Below are positions 19,280 to 28,700 of a stretch of DNA of 64,000 bases, piece by piece; the stretch's first letter is position 1; each line of letters opens with the position of its first letter. This stretch comes from Herpetosiphon geysericola. GTDB lineage: Bacteria; Chloroflexota; Chloroflexia; Chloroflexales; Herpetosiphonaceae. The DNA is taken from NCBI RefSeq assembly GCF_001306135.1, contig NZ_LGKP01000040.1, positions 24,726-88,725 of the forward strand, given 5' to 3'. The notes beneath the pieces were generated by a model that was given only the letters and a program-made list of their open reading frames with translations, was not told the origin of the DNA and searched no databases. A program made the position numbers and the translations under genes.

Positions 19280-20358
19280 CGACGTTCAGCTTCACTGAGC
19301 AGCGCCACCAAACGCGGCGCAATCAAATCGGCGGCCAAAAATTCCATCGCAGCCCCAACCTCCTCTGCGGCACGCGGCATGCCCCAAATCGCGCTGGTTG
19401 TACGATCTTGGGCAATTGTGCGAGCGCCTGCCCGCCGCAAGGCCAATAACCCTTGGGCGCCGTCGCGGCCCATGCCAGTTAACAGCACGCCAATCGTTTG
19501 CTTGGGCAAAACCTTGGCAGCTGATTGCATGGTTACGTCAACTGACGGATACAACAAATTATCAGGTTGCAACTCAAGATGCACCGTCCAGTTGCCATCG
19601 ATGCGCAAATGATGGGTATCGGGGGCAACATAAACGTGGCCAGTTTTCAAACTCATGCGATGCTGTGCCAATTCCACCTTCAAGGGCGAATGATTGTCCA
19701 ACCAGTCTACCATTGTACCAACAAATCCCTCGGCGATGTGCTGCACAATGATAATGCTTGCGGGGATGCTCGCAGGCAGGCTATGCAGGAGTTTGTATAA
19801 CACGCGTGGGCCGCCTGTCGAAGCACCGACGACAATCAACCAGCGTTGGCTTGGTGGGCTAATTGCGGCCATCAATAAGGGAATATTGGTTTCGGTAGTT
19901 GGCGATTTGCGCCGACGCCCGCGTAAATGGGTTACGACTTTGACCCGCGAAAGCATCTTAACCCGCTCCAATAGGCGCATCCGATTGGCTTCACCTTGGG
20001 CAAGGGTTAAATCGGTGGGTTTTTCCCACACTTCCAAAGCTCCGGCGTTGAGCATCTGAAAGGTTAAATTGCGATCATGACGGGTCAGCGATGAGGTAAT
20101 CACCAGAATTGGCGTGGGATGATAGGCCATAATTTCTTCAGTGGCCTGCAAACCATCCATCACCGGCATACGCACGTCCATCGTGATAATATCTGGTTGC
20201 AAGGCTGCCGCCAACTGCACCGCCTCACGCCCATCGCGGGCCTCGCCAACCACTTGAATCGCTGAATCACTGGCTAAAATAGTGCTGATGACTCGGCGCG
20301 AAACCGCCGAATCATCGACAACTAAGACGCGAATTGGTGCAAGCGGCCCTGGCATCAT
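19276..20358 (-). CDS. cheB: Protein-glutamate methylesterase CheB (REC plus methylesterase)
   Basis: REC domain (VLVVDDS...DVRMPVMDG) plus the methylesterase GASTGGP motif. Confidence 0.9.
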   Translation of the reverse strand: MMPGPLAPIRVLVVDDSAVSRRVISTILASDSAIQVVGEARDGREAVQLAAALQPDIITMDVRMPVMDGLQATEEIMAYHPTPILVITSSLTRHDRNLTFQMLNAGALEVWEKPTDLTLAQGEANRMRLLERVKMLSRVKVVTHLRGRRRKSPTTETNIPLLMAAISPPSQRWLIVVGASTGGPRVLYKLLHSLPASIPASIIIVQHIAEGFVGTMVDWLDNHSPLKVELAQHRMSLKTGHVYVAPDTHHLRIDGNWTVHLELQPDNLLYPSVDVTMQSAAKVLPKQTIGVLLTGMGRDGAQGLLALRRAGARTIAQDRTTSAIWGMPRAAEEVGAAMEFLAADLIAPRLVALLSEAERR

Positions 20359-20717
20359 TACATACCCAACAACAGTTTGACGCGATTGGGCAAATCGAGC
20401 AAATCAAGATCTTTGTTGAGATAATCATCGACTCCGGCCTCAAAGCCTGCCCGTTTATCATCCATCGAGGTCAACATGATAATTGGCAATTCTTCAAATA
20501 AAGGATTGGCACGCAACTGACGGCAAACCTCGTAGCCATCAATCCCAGGCATTTGCACATCCAGCACCACTAAATCAGGCGTGAGATCGCCGATTTTTTG
20601 CAGCGCTTCTTCGCCGCTATAGGCCAAATCGACAGCATAGCCATACATTTCGAGCCGCATTTTGACAATATCGGTAACCAGTTTGCTATCGTCAACAACT
20701 AAAATTCGTTCACTCAT
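20358..20717 (-). CDS. cheY: CheY-like single-domain response regulator
   Basis: 119 aa REC domain (LVVDDS...LDVQMPGIDG...K). Confidence 0.85.
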   Translation of the reverse strand: MSERILVVDDSKLVTDIVKMRLEMYGYAVDLAYSGEEALQKIGDLTPDLVVLDVQMPGIDGYEVCRQLRANPLFEELPIIMLTSMDDKRAGFEAGVDDYLNKDLDLLDLPNRVKLLLGM

Positions 20718-20767
20718 TGAAAAACTCCTCGCAGGGAAAGATTGGCAGTAAGCAAGGCCAAGCTACT

Positions 20768-23074
20768 TTAGCGGCCAAGTAATTGATGAATCGTTTCGAG
20801 CAAGTTGCTTTGATCAAACTGGCTTTTGACGATATAGGCTTGTGCGCCAGCCAATAAGCCTTCACGCCGATCACTATCACGGGCTAGGCTTGTAATAATG
20901 ATAATTGGCAGTTGGCGCAAACGTTCATGGGCACGCACCCGACGGGTCAACTCAAAGCCAGTCAGCAACGGCATTTCAACATCGCTTACCAGCAGATCGT
21001 AGGAATTGAGGTTGAGCTTGTCAAGCGCATCTTGGCCATTAATTGCGGTCTCGACGATGTAGCCCGCCGATTGGAGCATCGAGCGTAGTAGTTCGCGGGT
21101 GGTAAACGAATCTTCAGCAACCAGCAATTTGGCTGGCTGACGTTTGCTTGGCGCTGGCAAAGCCACTGGTTTTCCCCATTCGCGCGCCCGAGCCGCAATC
21201 GCCAACGGATTAAGCACCAGCACCAAACGCCCATCAGGTAGGGCAATCGCCCCAGTGCATAAACGCTGTTCATGCAATAGTGCGCCCAACGATTTAACCA
21301 CTACTTCGCGTTCATCAACCAATTTATCGACCAGCAAGGCCAAAGGTCGATTGGCTGGCCCCAAAACCACCAAATTGGAAATATCCGATGGCTGGGGCAA
21401 CGGCCCGCGTTGCTCAAGCAAGGGCGCAAGCGCCACAATGCTCACGCTCCGCTCATCGACGCGCACGCTTGGCCGACCTTCGACCATTTGAATCTGCGCC
21501 CCAGAAACCCGCCGCCCACCCAAACAGGCGGTCGATGGCAAGGCATAGGTTGTTCCAGCCACATCAAACAACAGTACCCGTGTAGTCAGCAAGGTAATTG
21601 GCAAAATGAGGGTGAAGGTCGTGCCTTGGCCAAGCACTGAATGCACATCAACTCGTCCGCCAACCTCGCTCACAGCGGCGCGCACAACATCCATGCCCAC
21701 GCCACGCCCAGAAACATCGGTGATGATTGCGCTGGTGGAAAAACCAGGCTGCCAGATCAATTCCAAGGCTTCTTCAGCGCGCAACCGAGCAGCCGCTTCA
21801 GCATCGATAATCCCACGCTTAATGGCTGTTGCGCGAATCACCGCTGGATCAATGCCACGGCCATCGTCGCTGATGATAATTTCAATCGTGCCGCCCAACG
21901 AGCGTGCTTGCAAGCGCAAGGTGGCCTCAGCAGGCTTGTTGGTTTTAATCCGATCTTCGGGCGTTTCAACCCCATGATCAAGTGCGTTGCGCACCAAATG
22001 CAGCAACGGATCTGCCATCAACTCGATAACTTTGCGGTCGGCCTCGGTGGTTTCGCCCTCGGTGATTAAATTAACTTCTTTGCCCAACGAGCGCGCCAAT
22101 TCGCGCACTGCCCGCGGAATCGGCGCAAACAAACCAGCGACTGGCTGCAAGCGCGTTGCCATCACCTCGGCCTCAAGTTCATCGACCAAGGCCTCGCTGG
22201 CAGCGCTATGGCTGCTCCAACGTTCGCTGAGCAAACGCAATTGGTTGCGCGTCGATTGCGCCAGATTCTGCAATTGGCTCGCAAGTTCGCTAGCCTCACG
22301 CCGTTGCTGAAAGGTCACGCGCTGACCAGTTAAACGCTCGCTCAGTTGTTGGCTTAGACGTTCGCTTTTGCTCAGCAATTTATCTAAGGCTTCAAGATCG
22401 GCCACATGCTCAAGATGCAACTGACGGGTGACAACCAACTCACCAGCAGTATTCAACAAGCGATCCAAGCGTGAAATTGGCACGCGCACTGTTGAACGCG
22501 TAGTGTTGATCAGCTTTGGAGCTTCGCCCGTAGGCCTGGCTTTTTTCGGTGCTTGGGGCGCGACAACTGGGGCTGGCTCAGGCTTGGGTTGCTCAAGCAC
22601 AACTGGCACTGGCTCGGGTTCTGGTTCAGCCACAGGCTCAACAATTGGCGCTAGCTTTTTGGTCGGTGGCGCAGCTGGCAGGCTTTCGCCAGCAGCCAAA
22701 GCATTCAGCTGCTCGACCAACATATCAACGTTTGGATCAGTCGGCGGCGGCTCATTGACGTTGGCATTCAAAGCCAACAGCACATCAACACTAGCCAGCA
22801 GCACATCGTTAATGCTTGCATTCATGGCCAGCATGCCACTGCGCAAAGCCGAAAGCAAGCTTTCCATCGAATGCGCTAAACGCCCCATATCAATTTGGCC
22901 GAGCATGCGGGCTGAGCCTTTGATCGTATGAGCCGCCCGAAAGATCGTATCAATCGCTTCGCGATCGCCTGGGTTTGACTCCAAGGCCAACAAGCCTGTG
23001 GTCAAGGCCCGCACATTCTCTTCAGTTTCTTCGCGAAACTGGCCAAAAAATGCTGATAAATCAAAACCGCCCAT
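20768..23074 (-). CDS. cheA: Hybrid chemotaxis histidine kinase CheA with C-terminal receiver domain
   Basis: Hpt (AAHTIKGSARMLG), HATPase, CheW-like domain, C-terminal REC (LLVAEDS...DVEMP). Confidence 0.9.
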   Translation of the reverse strand: MGGFDLSAFFGQFREETEENVRALTTGLLALESNPGDREAIDTIFRAAHTIKGSARMLGQIDMGRLAHSMESLLSALRSGMLAMNASINDVLLASVDVLLALNANVNEPPPTDPNVDMLVEQLNALAAGESLPAAPPTKKLAPIVEPVAEPEPEPVPVVLEQPKPEPAPVVAPQAPKKARPTGEAPKLINTTRSTVRVPISRLDRLLNTAGELVVTRQLHLEHVADLEALDKLLSKSERLSQQLSERLTGQRVTFQQRREASELASQLQNLAQSTRNQLRLLSERWSSHSAASEALVDELEAEVMATRLQPVAGLFAPIPRAVRELARSLGKEVNLITEGETTEADRKVIELMADPLLHLVRNALDHGVETPEDRIKTNKPAEATLRLQARSLGGTIEIIISDDGRGIDPAVIRATAIKRGIIDAEAAARLRAEEALELIWQPGFSTSAIITDVSGRGVGMDVVRAAVSEVGGRVDVHSVLGQGTTFTLILPITLLTTRVLLFDVAGTTYALPSTACLGGRRVSGAQIQMVEGRPSVRVDERSVSIVALAPLLEQRGPLPQPSDISNLVVLGPANRPLALLVDKLVDEREVVVKSLGALLHEQRLCTGAIALPDGRLVLVLNPLAIAARAREWGKPVALPAPSKRQPAKLLVAEDSFTTRELLRSMLQSAGYIVETAINGQDALDKLNLNSYDLLVSDVEMPLLTGFELTRRVRAHERLRQLPIIIITSLARDSDRREGLLAGAQAYIVKSQFDQSNLLETIHQLLGR

Positions 23075-23089
23075 GCGATAGCTCCTCGC

Positions 23090-24592
23090 TTAGCGTGTAT
23101 TGGCCTCGATGTTGACCAACGAATGCAAACGGTTTGCAATCGCGGTGAGTTTGGATGCTGCATCGGCAGTTTGGCGCGAACCAGCAGCCGTTTGACGTGA
23201 GACTTCGGCAATTTCACGCATGGTTTCGACAACTTGCTCGGATGCAGTTTGTTGCTGAGCAGTCGCTAGGCTAATTTCTTGGGCCAATTGGGCGGTATGT
23301 TCACCCAACACCACAATCGAATCCATTTCTTGGCCTGCCCGATGCGCCAAGTTGACCCCTTGAACAACTTCTTTGACGCTTTCTTCGGTCGCCAGCACCG
23401 AGGCATTGGTTGCAGCCTGAATTTCGGCAATCACATCTTTGACTTCGCGCGAAGCAGCCAAGGTACGGTTGGCCAAGCTCTTGACTTCGGCGGCAACCAC
23501 CGCAAAGCGTCGACCATGCTCGCCAGCCCCAGCAGCTTCAATCGCCGCATTCAAAGCCAACAGGTGAGTTTCATCGGAAACATCGTCAATCAAGGCGATA
23601 ATTTCGCTAATATGATGCGAACGTTCGCCCAAGCTCAAGACCCGCGATGAAACCTCTTGCACTCGTTGCTTAATCCGTTCCATGCCTTGAATCGCTTCAT
23701 CAACCGATTGCTGGCCCATGGCCAATGAGGTTAAGGTTTGTTGGGCGGCAATGCTGACTTGATCCGAGGCGCTAGCGATTTGGCGCGCGGTAAAGCCCAA
23801 TTCTTCAATCGTTGATGAAACTTCGGCGACTGCCGAAGCTTGTTCAGTTGCGCCCGAAGCTTGTTGCTGCGAGGCTGCCGACAATTCGGTGGCAGCAAAC
23901 GAAAGATCGGTGCCAAGCTCAATCTGCTGGATATTTTTCTCGATCAACTGCTCGTTGGCACGCATCAAATCGGCAGTCCATTGCTCGCTTTTGAGCGCAT
24001 ATTCGGCCAAGGCTTTGCTGAAAATCGTGGTTAGCACAATCGTTGTGGCCAAACCCACAAAAAACAGCACAGCGCCAACGCCATACACGCCAGCATCACC
24101 AGCAGTTAACGTACCTTCGGGAACTCTGAATGAGCCGAGATTATCTTTGAGCAGCAGCAACATACCATAAGCAAAGGTGATCGAAATGCCATAGGCCACA
24201 ATTTCGCGCCAGGTTGCCACCAAACCAACAATAAACAGCATCACCAGCAATAACGAAATGATCAAACTTTGATCGATCCCGCCATAGCGCACAGCACATG
24301 CCAAAGCAGCCAGCGAAATCGTGCCAATCAGCACATAGGTGGCAATTTGTTCTTGGCCTTGGCGAATCATGCGCAGGCTAAAAAAGGCGACCAGCAAAAT
24401 CGCGCCCATCGAAACAAATAGCACTCCGAGGGCATTCCACAATTGAGGATTATTGCGCTCGTAGATCCACGCTACCAAGGTTACTAACAAGGGCACGACC
24501 AAGGCAGCCAAGGCGACAATCCGCATAATCACGCGGCGGCGGTCAGCCAAATTCGTAAAATCGAGCGAGAAAAGCGAACCTAAATTCGCCAT
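23090..24592 (-). CDS. Methyl-accepting chemotaxis protein with multi-TM N-terminal sensor and no periplasmic domain
   Basis: Six to seven hydrophobic helices followed by the MCP signalling domain (methylation heptads, highly conserved LALNAAIEAARAGE). Start at MANLGS, preceded by an AAGGAG RBS. Confidence 0.85.
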   Translation of the reverse strand: MANLGSLFSLDFTNLADRRRVIMRIVALAALVVPLLVTLVAWIYERNNPQLWNALGVLFVSMGAILLVAFFSLRMIRQGQEQIATYVLIGTISLAALACAVRYGGIDQSLIISLLLVMLFIVGLVATWREIVAYGISITFAYGMLLLLKDNLGSFRVPEGTLTAGDAGVYGVGAVLFFVGLATTIVLTTIFSKALAEYALKSEQWTADLMRANEQLIEKNIQQIELGTDLSFAATELSAASQQQASGATEQASAVAEVSSTIEELGFTARQIASASDQVSIAAQQTLTSLAMGQQSVDEAIQGMERIKQRVQEVSSRVLSLGERSHHISEIIALIDDVSDETHLLALNAAIEAAGAGEHGRRFAVVAAEVKSLANRTLAASREVKDVIAEIQAATNASVLATEESVKEVVQGVNLAHRAGQEMDSIVVLGEHTAQLAQEISLATAQQQTASEQVVETMREIAEVSRQTAAGSRQTADAASKLTAIANRLHSLVNIEANTR

Positions 24593-24614
24593 GAGCAGAC
24601 TCCTTGGCACTGGT

Positions 24615-25034
24615 CTAGCGCGTTGCGTGTACCAGCACAAACAGTTCGAGATCAAGCATGAGGCATGGACGTTCATCGAGCATAATAATGCCCAAAATGC
24701 TGGGGTCGAGCAAGCTATCGGAAACTAAACTTGGCAATGGTTGCACGGTCAGTGCGGCCCGAATCGGGTCGCCTAATTGATCAACAACTACGGCCAAGCT
24801 TGCTCGTCCAGCCACAAATAAGGCTAAGCGATTAGCTTGTTCGCCAATTGGCTGTTGCAACCACTGATTTAAATCGATCACGTCGATTGGGTTGCCGTGT
24901 TGAATCACGCGGCGAATTGGTTGCCCGCTATTAGCAACATAATCCACCCCTACCAAGGCAGTTTGGCGAATTAAGAGCGTTTGATCACCGACACTCAGCG
25001 GATACAAATCGCTGACAACTGCTGGACTAACCAT
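24615..25034 (-). CDS. cheW: Chemotaxis coupling protein CheW
   Basis: CheW-like fold. Start placed at MVSPAVV. Confidence 0.7.
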   Translation of the reverse strand: MVSPAVVSDLYPLSVGDQTLLIRQTALVGVDYVANSGQPIRRVIQHGNPIDVIDLNQWLQQPIGEQANRLALFVAGRASLAVVVDQLGDPIRAALTVQPLPSLVSDSLLDPSILGIIMLDERPCLMLDLELFVLVHATR

Positions 25035-25476
25035 TGTTGATCGACCCAAGCAGCGCCGCCAGATCAAGCCAGGTTGCAAATCCAAATGGCGTTGGCAGCA
25101 AGCCTCTACTGGCAACCGTGCCGCGATGCGGCGTTGGCTCAGCCAAACTTAAATCAAGCTGCAACATATCGAGCACTTGATCAACCGCAATTGCACAGTC
25201 AATCTGTTCGTGAACCAATAAAAAGCGGCTGCGGCGGGTTGGCGTAATTGGCTTCATGCCCAAGATAACCCGCATATCAACCGCTGTCAGCAATACGCCA
25301 CGCTGATTGATAATGCCCATAATCGCCGCCGCCGTGCCTGGGATTCTGGTTGGCGTGCGCCAACGCTCGATGCCACGGGCTTGCTCGACTGGCAAGGCAA
25401 AGCGTTCTTGATCGAGGATAAAAACCACAAATTGCGCCAATTGATCCGTAACTTGGCTCACAGCAGGCTCCCTCAT
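25027..25476 (-). CDS. cheW: Chemotaxis coupling protein CheW, second copy
   Basis: QFVVFILDQERFALPVEQARGIE is the canonical CheW N-terminus. Confidence 0.8.
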   Translation of the reverse strand: MREPAVSQVTDQLAQFVVFILDQERFALPVEQARGIERWRTPTRIPGTAAAIMGIINQRGVLLTAVDMRVILGMKPITPTRRSRFLLVHEQIDCAIAVDQVLDMLQLDLSLAEPTPHRGTVASRGLLPTPFGFATWLDLAALLGSINNG

Positions 25477-25589
25477 GATTCAATGCTGATAGCTTGGCCA
25501 AATACCACGCAACCAACGACCAAATCACCACACATGGCGCATTCTAAAGCAGCAAATCGTAGCTTAGCATAGTCGCAAGGTAGCCCAAC

Positions 25590-25970
25590 TGTCAAGCGTA
25601 CTAAACCAAGTAATTCAAGGATGAATTATGAAGGATGAGGGTCTACAGAACAAAGAGCATAGAACATAGAACATAGAACATAGGGATCAGTCTCTAAGCT
25701 ATTGGCTTGTGGCTAGCGGAAGATTATTCGTGGAATTCGTGGAATTCGTGGAATTCGTGGCTAAAAACATGTGACTATTGGCTATTAGCTTGTGGCTCTG
25801 GGAATATAATCTGTGGTCATCTGTGTCAATCTGTGGCTAAAATGGTCTTCGCGATCTTCGTGGTTGCAAACTTCGTGCTCTTTGTGCGCTTCGTGGATCA
25901 GTTTTTAACGCATGGCTTTTGCCTTCTGACTTGGGCTTTATCCTTCATCCCTCATAATTCATCCTTGAAT
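25590..25970. repeat. Composite miniature repeat element of about 360 bp
   Basis: Terminal inverted repeats AAGGATGAATTATGA(A/G)GGATGA. Internal tandem 7-9 bp units CATAGAA x4 and GAATTCGTG x4. A CTTCGTG-rich segment is homologous to the 14.6-kb element. Confidence 0.65.
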
Positions 25971-26287
25971 TACAACGTTTGTAATTGCGAGATCAAGTGC
26001 TGGCCAGTGATTGGCTTGGCAAGGCTCAGGCAGCCAGTCGTTTGCGGTTGGGGTAAATCGGTCAGCAGAATATAGTTCTGATGAGCGGCGTAGTTCAACG
26101 CATTGCGTGGTTCACTCGAAATCGCTTCATCAAGAATGACAAAGTGTGGTTGATATTGCTGATTTAATTGTTCAGCCAGCAGCGAACTATCAGCTTCGTA
26201 GACTGTGTACCCTGCTCGACAAAGGTGATAGCGCATAATGGTTCGGGTAATTTGATCAGGATCGACGAGCAAAACAGTCATTCGCAT
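25970..26287 (-). CDS. Stand-alone receiver-like (REC) domain protein
   Basis: 105 aa with VLLVDPD...FVILDE; REC-like with partial conservation. Confidence 0.55.
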   Translation of the reverse strand: MRMTVLLVDPDQITRTIMRYHLCRAGYTVYEADSSLLAEQLNQQYQPHFVILDEAISSEPRNALNYAAHQNYILLTDLPQPQTTGCLSLAKPITGQHLISQLQTL

Positions 26288-26363
26288 ACAAAGTATCCTT
26301 ATAGTGATGGATCAATTCGGCAACCATCACCATCACTATAAGCACACAAGTTTACGAGTCAGA

Positions 26364-27074
26364 TTACAAGCCCCGCCGCGGTTGGACATCAAAGACGTAG
26401 CCCACTCCACGCACGGTTTTGAGGTAGATTGGCTTAGATGGGTTGTCCTCAAGTTTGGTGCGCAATGAGCGAATTCGCACCCATAACGATGATTGATCGC
26501 CCTCTTCACCCAAGCCCCACGCTTTGCGCAACAAGGTTGTAGTGGCTACGGCCACAGTTGGCGTTTGCAGCAACAAATACAACACTCGCAACTCAATCGG
26601 CTCCAAGGGAATTGCTTCGCCTTTGCGCATCAAAATATGTTGGCCGAAATTGACCGATAAATCTTCGTCTATCACAATCAACTCGCCTGGGTGCAAGCCA
26701 CCTTCATACGATTTGGTCAGCAGCTTGTTGACCCGCGCCCGCAATTCTGGGTAGCGATAGGGCTTGGTCATATAATCGTCGGCGTGTTGCTCCAGCCCGC
26801 GCACGGTCGTAGCTTCATCGGAAATTGAAGTCAACATGATGATCGGAATTTCAACATAGCGCCGCAAGCGATCAGACAGCTCAAATCCGGTCATGCCAGG
26901 CATCATCAAATCGAGAATCGCCAAATCGGGCCATGAGCTTTCGACCATCGCCAGCGCCGATTGGCCTGATTCTGCCGCCATCACTTCAAAGCCATCGTTG
27001 AGCAAATTGCTCACCAAAGTCCGTCGAATAATCGTATCATCATCAACCACCAAAATCCGCCATCGTGCTGGCAT
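26364..27074 (-). CDS. OmpR-family response regulator (REC plus winged-helix)
   Basis: ILVVDDD...DLMMPGMTG plus a C-terminal trans_reg_C (VRGVGYVF). Confidence 0.9.
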   Translation of the reverse strand: MPARWRILVVDDDTIIRRTLVSNLLNDGFEVMAAESGQSALAMVESSWPDLAILDLMMPGMTGFELSDRLRRYVEIPIIMLTSISDEATTVRGLEQHADDYMTKPYRYPELRARVNKLLTKSYEGGLHPGELIVIDEDLSVNFGQHILMRKGEAIPLEPIELRVLYLLLQTPTVAVATTTLLRKAWGLGEEGDQSSLWVRIRSLRTKLEDNPSKPIYLKTVRGVGYVFDVQPRRGL

Positions 27075-27080
27075 TGGCTC

Positions 27081-28676
27081 TTACTCCTTCCAAGGTAGGT
27101 GTATGGTGACGGTCGTCCCCTTGCCTACTTGGCTATCAACGCTAATTGTGCCGCCATGAGCGCCAACTGCTAAATTACAGAAGGTCAAGCCCAGCCCTGT
27201 GCCGCGCGACTGTGCAGCAGTCCGTCCTTGGTAAAATTTATCGAAAATATGTGGAATATCTTCGGTGGCAATGCCCTGCCCAGTATCACTAACCAACAAC
27301 GTAATTAATTTGGCCGCTTGATCAACCGTGCCAATCACCCGAATTGTACCGCCTGGCTTGGTCCATTTGATGCCATTGCTAACCAAATTGGCCAAGACGC
27401 GCACCATTTTATGCTCATCAAGCACCACCAATGGCGCAGCAGGCAGATTTAGCTCGAATGTCAGTTGTTGCTCAACCGTAATTGGCAGCACTTGCTCGCT
27501 CAGCAATTCGCCAATTCGTTCAAGGCTGGTGGTTTCTTGGCTCAGCACCAAGCGCCCAGCTTCTGCTTTGTACACATCAAGCAAATCGTCGATTAGGCGT
27601 TGTTGCGCTGCGCCAGCGCGAAAACCTAGCTCGACAAACAATTTGCCATCGTCATCAAGTTGGGTTGTCATCAAGGCATCGAAGCAGCCAACCATGCCCG
27701 CCAATGGCGCGCGCAAGTCGTGAGTCAACATCTGAATAAATCCGTCGCGGCTATCTTCGGCCTCACGCAAGCGCGTGTAGACCGCCGCGTTGGTCAGGGC
27801 AACGCTCAATTGATCAGTCAGGGCTTTGATCAAGGTTTCTAGCTCGGTCTTGAAGAAATTGCGCTGTGGATGGACCAAAATAAACACGCCGATAATCGTA
27901 TTTTGGGCATAATTATGCAATGGCAAGGCCAGCGCTGAGCCAATTTCCTCGCGATCATCATAAAAATGTTTCCAGCGTGGATCGTTTTGGGCATCTTCGA
28001 CAATTTGGACTTCGCCAGTGCGCAAGGCATACGAGGCTAGCCCTTCGCGCAGCACCGCCTCAATCGCTTGCTCTGCCTCTGCTGGCGGTAAATGTGGCCG
28101 AAACAGAATGCGCCGCCAAACCCGATTTTGATCATCGAGCAACAAAACGCTGCCACGGCTAGCTCCCAGCAGCTCGTTAATCGCATTCAAGGCTTCGGGT
28201 AACACCTGATCAATATCCAATGAGCGATGTAAGGTTTGCGAAACGCGATAGAGAAAGCGCAGCCGTTCTTGTTCACGGTGCAAAGCGCGGCGGGTGTGCT
28301 TCAAGCGCAACAGCACCCGCATGCGCGCCAGCAATTCATCACGATTAACTGGCTTGGTCACATAATCGTCGGCGCCAAGATCCAAGCCCGTAACTGTGTC
28401 GGCAGTGGTTTGCTTGGCCGAAACAAAAATAATCGGGATAAACGGCAGATGGTTGCGCTCGCGAATGGCTTGCAGGGTTTGATAGCCATCCATTTCAGGC
28501 ATCATGACGTCAAGCAAAATCAAATCGGGGACTTGCTGTTCGAGCATTTCCAAGGCTTCGAAGCCGCTGCGAGCACAGGCGGTTGCATAGCCAGCGCGTT
28601 CCAACATACGCTGTAACACCATCACATTGGTGGTTTGATCATCCACAATCAAAATTAGTTCGGGTGTTGCTTGCAT
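27081..28676 (-). CDS. Hybrid sensor histidine kinase (N-terminal REC, GAF, HisKA, HATPase)
   Basis: REC (LIVDDQ...DVMMPEMDG), a GAF-like middle region, H-box LTHDLRAPL, and G-boxes DTGQGI/GTGLGL. Confidence 0.85.
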   Translation of the reverse strand: MQATPELILIVDDQTTNVMVLQRMLERAGYATACARSGFEALEMLEQQVPDLILLDVMMPEMDGYQTLQAIRERNHLPFIPIIFVSAKQTTADTVTGLDLGADDYVTKPVNRDELLARMRVLLRLKHTRRALHREQERLRFLYRVSQTLHRSLDIDQVLPEALNAINELLGASRGSVLLLDDQNRVWRRILFRPHLPPAEAEQAIEAVLREGLASYALRTGEVQIVEDAQNDPRWKHFYDDREEIGSALALPLHNYAQNTIIGVFILVHPQRNFFKTELETLIKALTDQLSVALTNAAVYTRLREAEDSRDGFIQMLTHDLRAPLAGMVGCFDALMTTQLDDDGKLFVELGFRAGAAQQRLIDDLLDVYKAEAGRLVLSQETTSLERIGELLSEQVLPITVEQQLTFELNLPAAPLVVLDEHKMVRVLANLVSNGIKWTKPGGTIRVIGTVDQAAKLITLLVSDTGQGIATEDIPHIFDKFYQGRTAAQSRGTGLGLTFCNLAVGAHGGTISVDSQVGKGTTVTIHLPWKE

Positions 28677-28700
28677 TCCTGTGCTCCATATCTCTGAACA

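Noticed and set aside
22428-22931. Gly/Ser-rich 167-aa plus ORF inside cheA
   Set aside because: Reverse frame of the Pro/Ala-rich CheA linker region.
25650-25780. Possible CRISPR array (4x CATAGAA, 4x GAATTCGTG)
   Set aside because: Units are 7-9 bp with no unique spacers and sit inside a TIR-bounded miniature element. No 25-40 bp repeat with 30-40 bp spacers exists anywhere in the window.
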